This document shows, piece by piece, positions 36,184 through 48,700 of a stretch of DNA of 52,473 nucleotides. Every line of letters begins with the position of its first letter. Positions within the stretch are counted from its first letter, which is position 1. The notes under the pieces were generated by a model, which saw only the letters and a list, made by a program, of their open reading frames with translations, did not search any database and had not been told where the DNA came from. A program made the translations under genes and the position numbers. Origin of the DNA: Elsinoe ampelina (lineage: Eukaryota); contig ML992510.1 in NCBI GenBank assembly GCA_010093995.1, positions 633,504 through 685,976 of the forward strand, read 5' to 3'.

Positions 36184-37326
36184 GTTCTTGGGTGTTGCGG
36201 GGAATCTGTGGGATCCAAGATATCTCAGCGCAGTGGGGAAGCCCGCGCTGAGAAATGGAGGGAGAGGGAGAGAGAGTCGCTGGGTAGAGAGTTGTGTAGT
36301 AGAGTAATGGGAAGAAAAGAGCGAGAGTCTACGACATGGTGACCTTCGCAAGCTATGCATCCAGGGAAAATCTCTGCCAGGTACTACCAAGGTCAGCCGT
36401 TTCAGCACTATTTTGCTCGGGCGCGGCAGGTTCTGGAATTGTTGATGTCCTGTCAGCGATACCGAGAGGAAAAATGCTCCAAAAGCTTAACCAAACTTGT
36501 GTGAATTTCGCTCAACAACCCCGCCTTGCCGCCAAAAAAGCCAGGAAAAGCCAGGAAAAGCCAGAACGATCCAAGGGACACCAAAACGAGACCGTGGCTA
36601 GCCGGATGATGCGATTCGTCAAAAGTGCGAAATTAGGGCGATAAGATCACTCGATCGCCCGGAACAAGGCCGAAGGATTGCCTGCCCTGACTCTTGTTCT
36701 TGAAACCAATCGGGGTTTTTTGGTGGACGATAATTGCTGATATCAGGCCAGGCGCACACTGGGTTCTGTGAGCAATATCATTGACAGAGCCGCCTTACTA
36801 CAAGTGGACCCTATGATAGCTGGCGGCAGAATGATGATAAATACCGTACGTGGTGCACATCAATGACTGCAGTATCCATCATGTCATTCACTTGAGAAAT
36901 GGCGTTGCAAAAGCCACTTCATTAACGGAGCGACCAGATTCGACACATTACCATACGTGTACACGTCCGTTGACCACACTTTCGTTGCCGTCAAAACTGG
37001 CCCGCAGCTAATGATCTTGGAAACCGAGTCTGAGTGTGTCACAATATGCAGAACTTGCACATGATGGCGGCCGAGGTTATCTTCATGAACAGAGGTTGAG
37101 AAGAATGAAGCTCACACAAGACCAAACTGGCCCGTGCTTTGCTCTTCTCGGCGAAACCGGAGGTCCCCAGCAAAAAAATCGAGAGCTTCAACTTTACAGT
37201 AGTTTGCTCGAGCACGTGTTTCTTGACCGACCATCTTTGCATTTTACACCCACACTATACTCCACCGCGACTCATTGTGAAGCTTCGCCTCTCATCATAA
37301 AATCACATATACCTCGACATATCACC

Positions 37327-38324
37327 ATGTCGCCCGTAGCTCCTCAAGCACTCGCCGAAAAGGCCGAGAAAGCTCTCGGGTCAGCAGCCAAAGATGTCAA
37401 GAGAGAATCTACAAAGGCCCGTATACTCGGCGCAGGTACGCGATCTACCTCTCGCCAATCAATGTCCCTACTGACTCTCCAGGCTGCGCCGGCATTGCCG
37501 AGCTCATTGTCTTCCACCCCGTCGACACCACCGCCAAACGCCTCATGTCCAACCAAACCCGCATAACCTCCGCCGCACAACTCAACAGCGTCGTCTTCCG
37601 CGACACCGCCTCAGGCTCAATCGGCACGCGATTCTTCTCCCTCTTCCCCGGTCTCGGCTACGCAGCAGCCTACAAAGTCCTCCAACGAGTCTACAAGTAC
37701 GGCGGCCAGCCCTTCGTACGGGACTACCTCGCGACCCACCACGGCGACACCTTCGACCGCACATTCGGCAAAGGTAACGGCAAGACCATCATGCACGCCA
37801 CCGCCGGGTCCCTCGTCGGAATCGGTGAAATCGTCCTCCTCCCCCTCGACGTCCTCAAGATCAAGCGCCAAACCAACCCCGATGCCTTCCGCGGCCGAGG
37901 CGTCCTCCGCATCGTCGCAGACGAAGGCTTCTCCCTCTACCGCGGCTGGGGCTGGACAGCAGCCCGTAACGCGCCCGGCTCCTTTGCTCTCTTCGGTGGA
38001 TCTGCTGCAGCGAAAGAATACCTCTTCAAGCTCAAAGACTACAACTCGGCGACGTGGGGACAAAACTTCGTCGCGTCCATCGCAGGAGCGTCTGCTTCGC
38101 TTGTTGTCTCCGCACCATTGGACGTCATCAAGACCAGGATCCAGAACCAGAACTTTGAGGTCAAGGAGAGTGGTATGCGAGTGATCAAGAACATGGCACG
38201 GAACGAAGGAATGGCGAGTTTCTTCAAGGGACTGACGCCGAAGCTGCTCATGACTGGCCCGAAGTTGGTATTTAGTTTCTGGTTGGCGCAGACATTGATT
38301 CCGGCTTTTGGAAAGGTGATGTAA
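37327..38324 (+). CDS. GGC1: Mitochondrial GTP/GDP carrier
   Basis: Intron 37436-37482. ARILGAGCAGIAELIVFHPVDTTAKRLMSN, YKVLQRVYKYGGQP, LPLDVLKIKRQTN, APLDVIKTRIQ, FFKGLTPKLLMTGPKLVFSF. Confidence 0.93.
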
Positions 38325-39200
38325 ATGGTCAGCTACATGGGAGATCCACTCGACTGGAACAGAAGAAGACGCACGCGGACGTGGAGGATAGAGCTTCATG
38401 TGGGAAGGGGAGGGTCAAGAGTCGGCATACGAGTGTCAAAAAGGCGGACTGTCTGCGGCGCAAGGTGAGTGCGGGCAAGCGATGTACACGCAAGAGCAGC
38501 GAGGAGCAACAAAGTATCAAGATAACAGCGTGATAACACTCCATCAGACACAAAGCGATAGAGGGGGCACGAGCAAGGCGTTTCACGGCGTCGGTAATTC
38601 TCCTACAGACCACCAATGCCAGGCGAAGCAACCAGGCAGGCAGGCATGCAGGCAGGTCACGATTGTAAATGTAGCATACCGATACGGTCGGGATATCAAG
38701 ACATCTTCACTTCTTCAACCACTGCTTTCCCAAAAGTCACTCTCGCATCCGTGTAGCAATTTCCGTCCACAAAGCTCCGTCGAGCTCGTCTTGTATACTG
38801 AGCATACTCAAACGACGATGACGGCACCCCACTGCCTGCCCTCAGCTCGTTCATTGAATGAACCAGGCGCCCAAGGAGAATCACTTGTGCACGCAAACAT
38901 CTACGGTTGAGACATAAAGCGGCTCTCATAGCATAGCGTGGCATATCTGATACAAATCATCCTCCTACCTCCATCCTCCATGGGTCCCCCTCCCAGCCCC
39001 ATGCCGCGACGCCTCTCGAAAGACAAGAAGCACAGCCAACCATGCAACTCCCTCTCCCCTCCCGACCTCTCCAACACCCCTTACCCCTCTGACCACCCTC
39101 CCCACATCTTCTCTCTCTCTCTCACTCACTCTCTCTCACTCTCCAGCATCTCACCACCATCTTCCCAACCCTCCACCTCCTCCTCTACTCATCAAGACTT

Positions 39201-41668
39201 TTAGTCCGTCATCTTCCAACTATCAAACCACTTCAACCTCTTCCACTGACCATGACTCCCCTCCATGCCAAAACAAATATCCTTAAAAAACCAAAACAAC
39301 CCCGTCACCCCGATATACAACGGGACAAACAGCCCCCACCTCAGCGACTTCCCCAACGACCTCCCCGCCCAATCCACGCAAAATCCCGCCGTGAGAATCG
39401 CAAAATACAACGCGGGGTAGTAATGATGGACGTACGTCACGCGGGCCATGGCGATAAATGGCGCGTAGTGCAGCACCCACCCTACGATGGGGTAGATGCC
39501 TGCGTAGTGGATGAAGTCAATGTCGGCGTCCGAGAGCTCGTTGTAGCCGCGTTGCCAGCGGATGAGATACCAGAGGACGAGCAGGGAGAAGATGCCGAGT
39601 GAGGCTGTGGAGCCCCAGTACACGAGTGGGTTGCCGAGGAGGAAGTATTTGATTACGCCGTCGTCCCAGGAGCACATGCGGAGACCGACGTGGAGGAGGG
39701 GCCATTGCCAGGGGGCCGAGGCGAGGTCGTCTTGTTTGTCTGGGTCCGGGACGAGGGCGTTGTTGGATGTCATCATGGCGACGTTGAGGTGGATGAAATC
39801 TCGGAGGAAGGGGGACTTGTACGAGCCTGGGTCGCCGGCGGGAACTGTGAAGTGTTAGTGGGATTCAAATGGGGGTCGAAGTGGACTTGCGCTTCTCATT
39901 CCAGTGACTCTCAACGTTCCAATGGGTGTAGACATCGCGAGGGCGGTTGACCTTGTCGCAGGTCACTTCGATCTGCTTAAAACCCCACTGAGGCAAGTTG
40001 ACATTGCCAGCACGGAGGTAGCAGCCAAGCTCAACGTGGCGAAGACGGAAAGCAGTGGTGAGAGTGCGCAGCTTGGAGTAGTCTCTGGAAGCAGCATCGC
40101 TGACAACCTCAACAGCCCAGTGGTCCTTCGCATCTCCCACAGTAGTGTTGCCGTAACTGGACACTTCATGGTCGGCCTTCGTCACAGGAGCAGCGACTTG
40201 ATGAGAGTGCAAGTTGCGTCCAGTCTGGGCGTGGATCAGACGAATGACATCTCCATTACCGACAAACTTCAGAGGCGCCTCGGTGTCAAAGTCCGGCTCG
40301 TGGCGATTCGGATAGAAAAACCAATCGTTGTTGGCATCTTTGTGATGGTAGCAAGTGACTTGCTGCTGGCCAGATCCTTCGGGATATGTCTGTACGTGAG
40401 AGTGGAGAAGTCCACCTCCATAACCCATATTTTTCAGCGTTGCTCTTGATCCGAATGCGATTTCGAGAGGGCTGTCCTTTCCTACGTCGGTACCCCTAAG
40501 GTTGGCCTGGAAGAGAGAGCTCATTTGAGCATCACCCGGTCCGCTGTTCTCGAGAATGAGGAAATGCGCCCAGAACGACAGCATGTAGACAATCATTGGG
40601 ATGACGATAAGTCCAACAACGCGGAAGCCGACATGGGCTGTGAGGGTAGACTGGAATGGTCAGCGGCTGCTCTTTATGCCTACCCAGTACTTCCATACCT
40701 TTGCCATCTTGAGATCGCCAAATTTATTCCACAAATCCTCAATCGTGTACAAACCAACAAGAGCAGTTCCGAACATGCCTACCCATTTGACAGAGCTATG
40801 ACAGTCAGCATCCAGCTTCCCATCTCCGTTCCATCGACTCTTACCAGACACAACCAATGCTCAACCCCGTCATCGCCAACCAGAAACCCCACTCTGGCGT
40901 GAAAGCCTTGCTCTGCATGTTATGCCACTTCGCCCAGCAAAAGACGGTGGTGAAAGTGAAGAACAACAACATCGAGTCCAACAGAATGAACCTGCTGATC
41001 GTGGTATAGGAATTCTCAAACAAGACAGCCATTGTGATCAGCCAAACCGTCGGCTTCTTGAAGTGCATCTCCTTCGCAGTGTAGTAAGCCAGAGGTACAC
41101 ACAGCGCTCCAAAGGCACTGTTGAATTGCCGCATAAAGGTATAGTTCAGCTCTTCCGGGTAAGTCTCGCCGGACTTGAACTCGAATGACCCGTTGTAGCC
41201 TGCGAGGTAGCCTGAGAGACCGACCAGCATCTTGCCGAGGGGAGGGTGGACGTCGAAGTAGAACTCTCGTTTGAGGTAGTGCGAGCCGAACTTGCCGAAG
41301 CTGGGATGTGTCAGGTGGAAGGTCGATCTCGGGGGAATTGGGGGACCTACTGTGCCTCATCCCATGTCACGATGGGGGAGATGCCAATCTTCCATAACCT
41401 GGTGAAGAAGGCTAGTGCAGTGAACAGGATAGGGGCAATGATGGCCTCAATGTCATCAAAGGTTGAAGCTGCTTTCTCCACCTGTCCTCATATCAGCATT
41501 TGTCCATTAGTGGCTCTGTCCAGCGATGTGTACCTTCTGCTTCGTCTTCTCATCAATCTCAAACCCCTTTGCGCTGCCATTGACCTGCGTCGAAGGCACG
41601 TTTCTCCTCCTGAGATCATCCTGCTGGTGTGTGCCGGAGGCATAGGCCTTTTCCGAAGGGACAGCCAT
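39201..41668 (-). CDS. PMT2: Dolichyl-phosphate-mannose:protein O-mannosyltransferase, PMT2 subfamily
   Basis: Multi-exon. [46 protein letters not shown] domains ([30 protein letters not shown]), [14 protein letters not shown]. Confidence 0.92.
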
Positions 41669-42310
41669 GATGTGCAATCAGCGCCGCGAGCGCCAGATGA
41701 TGATCGAATCCGAGCTCCCTTGTCTGATGCAGTGTCCGTCAACAAAAGACAGAGAGATGCGCCTCAAAGTGGTGTACGTGGGAAAACCAAAAGTCGAGTC
41801 CCTGGCGTCGTGTACGGAGCTCCCTTGGTGATCCCTGGCAGCGCGCCTGAAAGCTCTCCGAAAGATATTACAACAAGGTCAAAGGGAAAGCTCCAGTCTC
41901 CAATGTGCGATTGACGCGCTGGGAGATGGGCGAAGGGCAGAATCGGATGGGAAAAGAGGACAGGGTTACGAGTCGTGGATGAAAAAGAAGGGAGTGCCTG
42001 TTAGCAACAGCAGCTGAAATGCAAGAAGCTGATGAATTTCTTGAGCCAAAAGGGCATAGCTCGAGCTTGATGCGGCGCCAGAAAAGCGTCAAAGGAGCAA
42101 TCGACCGGTCCGAACCCGCTCGCTAGTGCGGAAAGTGAAGAAAGGGGTCTCCGACACGTGTACTTCTTGAATATGTCCAGCAGCATGGCTGTATATTGAC
42201 TGGTTCTCAAATATTTCTATAGCTTCTTCACCTTTGAAGTATATGCACGCCGGCTGCTCGTCAATTAATCACCATCTCATCTCCCCCCCCACTACCCCTA
42301 ACACCATCCT

Positions 42311-44161
42311 CTAGTGCTCATCATCGTCCGCTATCCTCTTGTACTTCCCACTTCCCGCCCCATTCTTGTCACCTGGCTTGCCCTTCTTGACCAGGTTGCT
42401 GATCCAGCCTCCCACCCCCTCGCCTGCTTCCCGTCCTTTGCTGACATTCTTCTTCGCCTCAACACTCGCCTCAGGTGGCTCGAGATCCATGTCCGGTATC
42501 TGACTATCCTGGTTCTCATCGCCAAGGCGGAACGAGGGTACAGGCGAACGGCCGCTGAAGAAGGATTCCGCTTCTGCAATCTGCTGCGGCGTGGGTGCGG
42601 CGGTAGTGGCGTCCCCGAAGAGCGAGTTCATATCTTCGAGACGAACATTTGCCGTCTCCGGGTAGATGAACCATACTGTGAAAATGTTAGAGATGCAATC
42701 TTGACATTCGATATGCTTCCATGACTTACCAACAACGAATGACACAGCGCAGAAGAATGCGTGAAGTAGATACAACCGCCACTCGATCAACTCCTGCAAG
42801 ATAGGAGTCATCTCGCCGACCAACCAGTTAAACGCCCAGTTGGAGGCCGTTGACAAACTTGCACCCTTTGCACGAATGCTGAGAGGCAAGATCTCGGGCG
42901 GGTAAAGCCAGGGAATAGGACCCCAAGAAGCACCAAATGCGGCGTTGTAGATCATGACGAAGATGACTACCATGGTTGGTGTGATTGAGATCTCGAGGAA
43001 GATGAAGTAGGCGATAAGCGATAACGAGATGATCATGGCGATGGCTCCCCAGAGTAAGATCGGTCGTCGTCCTAGTCGATCGACCAGGTACCAAGGTGGG
43101 ATCGTTGAAGCCAGATAGGTGAGCGAATTGATACCAGTCATGAGAATGGCGTTGCGACCAGTCCATCCTGCTTGTTCGAAGACGAGCGGTGCGTAGTACG
43201 AAATTACGTTGATACCGTTGAGCTGAGCAAGTGCTTGGGCGGACATGGCGATGAAGACCCGCTTGTAGTACCGCTTGAACATGTCCTTGTATGTCCTCTC
43301 ACCCTCCTGACGCTGTAAAAGTACGTTCATCTTGATCTCTCGGTATTCGTCGCGAGCGTCGGGGTTGTGGATGTCACCCTTTCCGTAGAGATTAGCGATA
43401 ACCACAATGCCCTCCTCGTCGTGATCGTTGTCAAGCAGCCATCTGCGGATAGTTAGTAACTGTCGCTCGAACTTGTGCTCGATCATCCTCACCTCGGCGA
43501 TTCCGGAATCAAGAAACTTCCTACACCCAGCAGCCCACCCATGATGCACTGCATGAGCAATGGTATCCTCCACGACCAATCGCTCCCAATATAGCTGCAA
43601 AAGTAATCCACCCAGACACTAGCAGCATACCCCGTGATGTTTCCCGTAAACTCGATGCAAGCCAATTTCCCTCTGTTATGCGGCGGAGAAATCTCGGACT
43701 GATAGACGGGCACAATCGTCGACAGAGCACCCACTCCCAAACCAGCAATGATCCTACCAACAAGCATCATCGGCATACCAGTAGCGAAAGTCTGAAACGC
43801 TCCTCCCACGAAGAACACAATCGCACCATACAAGATTGTCTTCTTCCTCCCGAGAATATCCCCTATCCTGCCCACCACCAACGACGAAATGAAAGCTCCC
43901 ACCTCCAAGATCGCCACCATGGTCCCGATCTCGGCTCTCGTAGGCTGATGGAAATAATCCTTGAAAAACGCGCCCCTGGTCTCCGTCAGCAATCCATCGT
44001 CCACTCATCCAGACGATCCATCCTCACGTGATAATCCCCGACATAACACCCTGATCATACCCGAACAAAAACACACCCAACGACACAAACACGCTGGTGA
44101 AATAGATCAACTTCTTCCCGTGCAAGCCATGAATACGACTCGATTCATCCGTCGGCGCCAT
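42311..44161 (-). CDS. MFS sugar porter (monosaccharide transporter), AUG-initiated form; frame stays open upstream to 45004
   Basis: LFGYDQGVMSGII, VPVYQSEISPPHNRG, PESPRWL, AQLNGINVISYY, SWGPIPWLYPPEILP, YPETANVRLE; introns 43976-44027, ~43444-43492 and ~42677-42729. Confidence 0.9.
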
Positions 44162-45726
44162 GACTGCAGCGAGCAACCTATGCCCTAACCCAACTGGATC
44201 ACGTTTCGGGTTCGGTATGACAATATCCTCTTTGCGAGTGACTTTTTTGTTTCCTGAACCCTTCTCGCCCGGGAGATACCTCACGCTCTTGTGCTTCTTC
44301 CTGCTCTTCTCACCGCGAGGTTGGAGCTCGTATGCTTCCCCGTTGCTGCCTCGCGTGAGCGGATCTTCTTCGGCCGCGAGTTGGTCGACGAGGTCGCCTG
44401 TGTCGCTCCAGAGGCTAAAGTCGCTGCCGGCTGGGGATGGGGTGCGGCGTGCGGCGCCCGAGATCTCGCTGTGGCTGCTGTCCCAGCTGTGGCCGCGGCG
44501 GTGGAGGCCGACGCGTTTCTCGTCGAGGGAGATGTCGCGGTGGGTGCTGCGGCTGGTGCTGCCCCCTTCTGCGGTGGTGTTGCTGTTGCTGTGGCTGTTG
44601 CTCGCCCGCGACGACGAGGACAGGGCGTGCAGGGGGATGGTTGCGGGCGTGCGGTCGTGGTGGGAGGCGGTAGAGTGAATCTTGCCGGTGGTTAAAGGTA
44701 CGGTAGGCAGGGTGTGGCTCCCGCTGCCCTCCGTTGGTGGTTGGGTTGGGGGGAGTAGGTGGTTAGATAAGGGGAATTGTGAGGCAGAGCCGCGGGACCG
44801 GAGTGCGGAAAAAAAGCTTCTGTCTGCTGACGTGCCTCTCGGTCGGTCGGTGGAGGTCGAGGGCTGGGAATGAGTGACCCTGCAGGTTGAGCTAGTAGAG
44901 CTGGCGGAATGGAGAAATGGGAACGAGAACGGAGAGGACGAGGCTAAGGGAAGCCAATTGCGTAGGTTGTGAAGAGGAAGCTGGTCGAGCGTGGTCAAGG
45001 CAGGTCAGAAGTGGGTCCCTCTATCCGTCCGCCAGTCGATTCCAGAGAATCCGAAAGATACGGCCAATTGGCGTGTGTGTATCACAAGCGAATGCAAGCT
45101 GATCCACAAAGAGAATTCTTCTCGTGTACAAATGTCCGTATAGGTCAAATTGTAGGTGCCGCGATGCTGCAGCAGGGAATATCATCTGCAAAAGGTATAT
45201 CCAGGGTTCTACTGAGACTGCCGTATCAGCCGCAAACACTTCTCCGTCGGTCATCAAACTGCTGAAACACAGCACAATCTTCTACCTTCAAAACCTTGCT
45301 AATTTGCTTCTTCCCACTTTTATCTGGCGGTCTGCAGGCTGCTAGTATCTAGTTTGTGTCTAGCGTTGATGGCCACGAGTCGGTGAGGCTCGCGATCTCG
45401 GATTCAAGGGAAGACGTCATGGGTTTCCCCTCGTGGTCAATTTGGGAGCTGGAGGGGATCACGAGACGATTTGCTAATATTTATGGATCAGCAGAGTACA
45501 GTGCACAAGACAGATACATGTCCCGCAAGTCAGCAAGTATTTACACCTGTCAACCCACCGGAATGCTTCATGCTCCGAGTCCAACGAGTGCCGTAAACGA
45601 ATAGGTATCTATTCATGCTCACCCAAAACCAAATATGCATCTATTCTATCCCAAAACCAACGCAATGCAATTCCATCCATAACAATCATCCCATACCGCT
45701 CCTCCAATACCCAAGCCCCCCAAACC

Positions 45727-48700
45727 TCACACATCCACCAGCTTCTGCTCCCCTTGCCCCCCCTGCCCTCCACCACCCCCCATCATCCCCACCTTCCTCA
45801 CCATCCTCCCAAAATACATCGTCACAAAACTCTCCGTGAAATACTCATGCTGACTCCCATGCTCCGCCACCAAATTATGCGCCAACTCATGACACAACGT
45901 AACCCACCAATACACGGCCGCCTCCCTCTTACGCTCCACATCCCTCTCGAACCCATCCCAATGCAGCTGCAAGAAGAACCTCAAGTTACAAAACAGTGAC
46001 CCGTTGCTGTTGAACGCTATCGAGCTGCCTGTTTCGTTGTAGAAGATGTGTAACGACTGGGGCTTGAGGAGGAATACGCTGCCCACGTCGAGGAGCAGGA
46101 CGGCAAAGGCGCGCACGGCTGCCGCGTTGTTGCGGAGGAAGGCGTTGCGTTCGTCTTGGCTGGAGCCGCGGGAGAGGAAGATCTTGATGCCGGGCTGGCT
46201 GTCCGCGACGAAGGTGAGGTCTTGGCCTGGGCGGGAGTCGCAGAAGGAGGATTGTTCTTTGATTTCTTGCGTCGAGGGTGGGGAGAAGACGCTGCCGGAG
46301 TCGTGGGCACGGGAGGCGTGGATGGCGGAGACGAGATTCTGCTGTAGTTGGTGGGGTGGTGTGACTTGCTCTGGACCTTTGACCTTGGGTTGGAGGGCTT
46401 GTGTTTCTTGCTCGGAGTAAGGTGGTGGTGCGTCGGGCTTTTTAACAAGAGAATTGCTGGCTTGTCCGCCGTGGTCTGATGGCCCTTCATCTGCGTCATT
46501 GTTCAAGCCAAGCTGTCTGGTGAGGTTTGAGAAGAAGCTCTTTTGTCCCTTAGACTTGGGTCGCAGTGCCATGTTCGGCTGCGTGGGGCTACTGTTGAAC
46601 GCCCCAGGCATAGACGGCACTGGATCATGTTGCTCCTGCTTAGCGGCCGCCTCAATAGGTAGCGGCGTCTTTTGCTCAGCTTGTGTCTGCTTCCATCTAC
46701 GCTCTTCCTCGGCCATCCTCTCCTGCTCCTCATCCATCTGCCGCTGTCGCTCAGCTTCAGCGATGCGCGACTCTGCCGCCTTCTGACGCAGGATACGATC
46801 GACGTTGTAGCCTTTGGTCTTCAATCTACGAAGATCACTCTCCATGATCATCTCCAGAGCCAGATAATCCTGCTGCTTGGGACGCTTCAGAAGCAGAGGC
46901 ATGATTGCCCGACTGACCTCGTAGAGATCTGCCTTGGCGGTAATATACAGTGTCGCGTCCTTTGCCGTATCTCTGTGCAGCGCCGCAGTCATCCGCTCCG
47001 TGTGTGATGCATTCGTTCCGCGTAAAGTCTTCCTCAGCGTCAATGAAGAAGTAGCCTTGACCTGCAAGACCTTCTCCATCCAGCGTGCATCGTGACGGAC
47101 AGCATCAGCCGTATGATCGTGGAGGAACAACCGACATCGCTCGATAATGAGCTTTCTATACCTCTCGGCAACAATCTGGTCCTTCAGTATCGGACCCATA
47201 CTCTGGTTATTCTCAACCATAGATCCAAGCCAAGGGGTACCGAGCGAGCCATAGAAGCTCTCCAGAACCTCTTCCTGAGGTGCAGCCAAGAGCTTGTCCT
47301 TGAATAGACGATAGCTGACATAGTCATCCACAAGCACAATACTCGACGAAGAAGCGAGTGAGTACTCCTTGATAGCTGACTCGTCTTCGTCCATATCGTC
47401 ATCATCAGCAACCTTCGTGCTTGCGGTGGACGAAGATGACACTTCCCTGACAGCGATCAAGCACGTCGCCCGCTTCATGCTTGCCCAAAGCGTCTTGTCC
47501 ATCTTCAGGCCCTGGACATTCTCCGCCAACCTGCGCAAGAGACTGAGATACTTATCTGCCCCCAAAGTATTGAGCAGCCTCGCCGGTTCTTTGACAATCA
47601 TCTGTGCCAGCTCGACAGCATTGGGCTCGTGCTTTGATCCAATCTTGAGCAGAAACGTATTCGCCTCGGAACCAAAGTCGACAAAGTCAAAGATCTCGCC
47701 GTACGTCTGACCATCACCGAGGAAACAAGTCCTAGGAGCTGCCATCTTGAATCCAGTATCCTTTTCAGACTTGATCACACGAGACTTGACAGGCACGATT
47801 GGCGCAGTGCCCAGCCGCTCTGCCAGATTCCCAGATGCACCGATCTCGTTAATCCTGCCTGCGAAGTAAGAGAAGACGACTTTCGCATCTGCCTTGTTCC
47901 GTGGCGGCTTCTGCATGAGTCGTTCAGCGCAAACGTTGATTGGTGGATCTTGCTGGACACCCAGGATGGACGCCTGTGCATGCAGGTCTTCTCTCAGGAT
48001 GTCAAAGCCAAGAACAGCGCAGCCTCTGTTAGTGAAAACGCTCCCTGGCGTAGAAAGACGGGATAGATCTTGGCCTGCCAGCGGCAAGAAAGGTACCGTG
48101 ATGCTTTCGATTGGGAACCTACGGTAGCCATTCGGATAATGATTGGAGATAAAGTAGAGCATAGCATTCTCGTACAATTTCGCATCGCCACTCTTCGCCG
48201 CCCTAGCCATAATGTCTACTAGTTCCGGAACAGTCGGGTAAGACTTCAGCCCCAGGAACTGTAAGAACTTGGCCTCCGGACTGGCAAGCCTGAATGGTTC
48301 TGGCCAGTAGAGCAGCTGCAGTCCGAGATCTCGCAGAGGCGCCTTGGGCTCGAATAGATCAGACACTCGGTACAGCCCTGGCGTCTTACCGCCTTTCTGT
48401 TCTGCAGGACAAATCGGTGTCTTTCGAAGCTTGTCGATATCTGCAGCCGGAATGTCGTCGCGGACAGAGACCAGGTACTTGATCAGATCCATATGACTCC
48501 ATTTCGTTCCTTGCGCACTGTCATCTTTGGACATGAGTCGATCAAAGACGACTGAGAGCTCCACAGTCTTTCTCACACCAAGTGCAGAAAGAAACTTCTC
48601 CTTGGTGGCCTGGAGGCCGTGGATGGTGGCTAGGTCATCGAATAATCGGACCGAAGCAAAGTAGGACTGATGTGGTTTCCTCATCCCCAACGTGGTCGGA

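Noticed and set aside
39201..41668. PMT2 near Ser/Thr-rich surface-protein genes as a functional cluster
   Set aside because: PMT2 is a housekeeping gene 12 kb away with unrelated genes in between; the proximity is probably coincidental.
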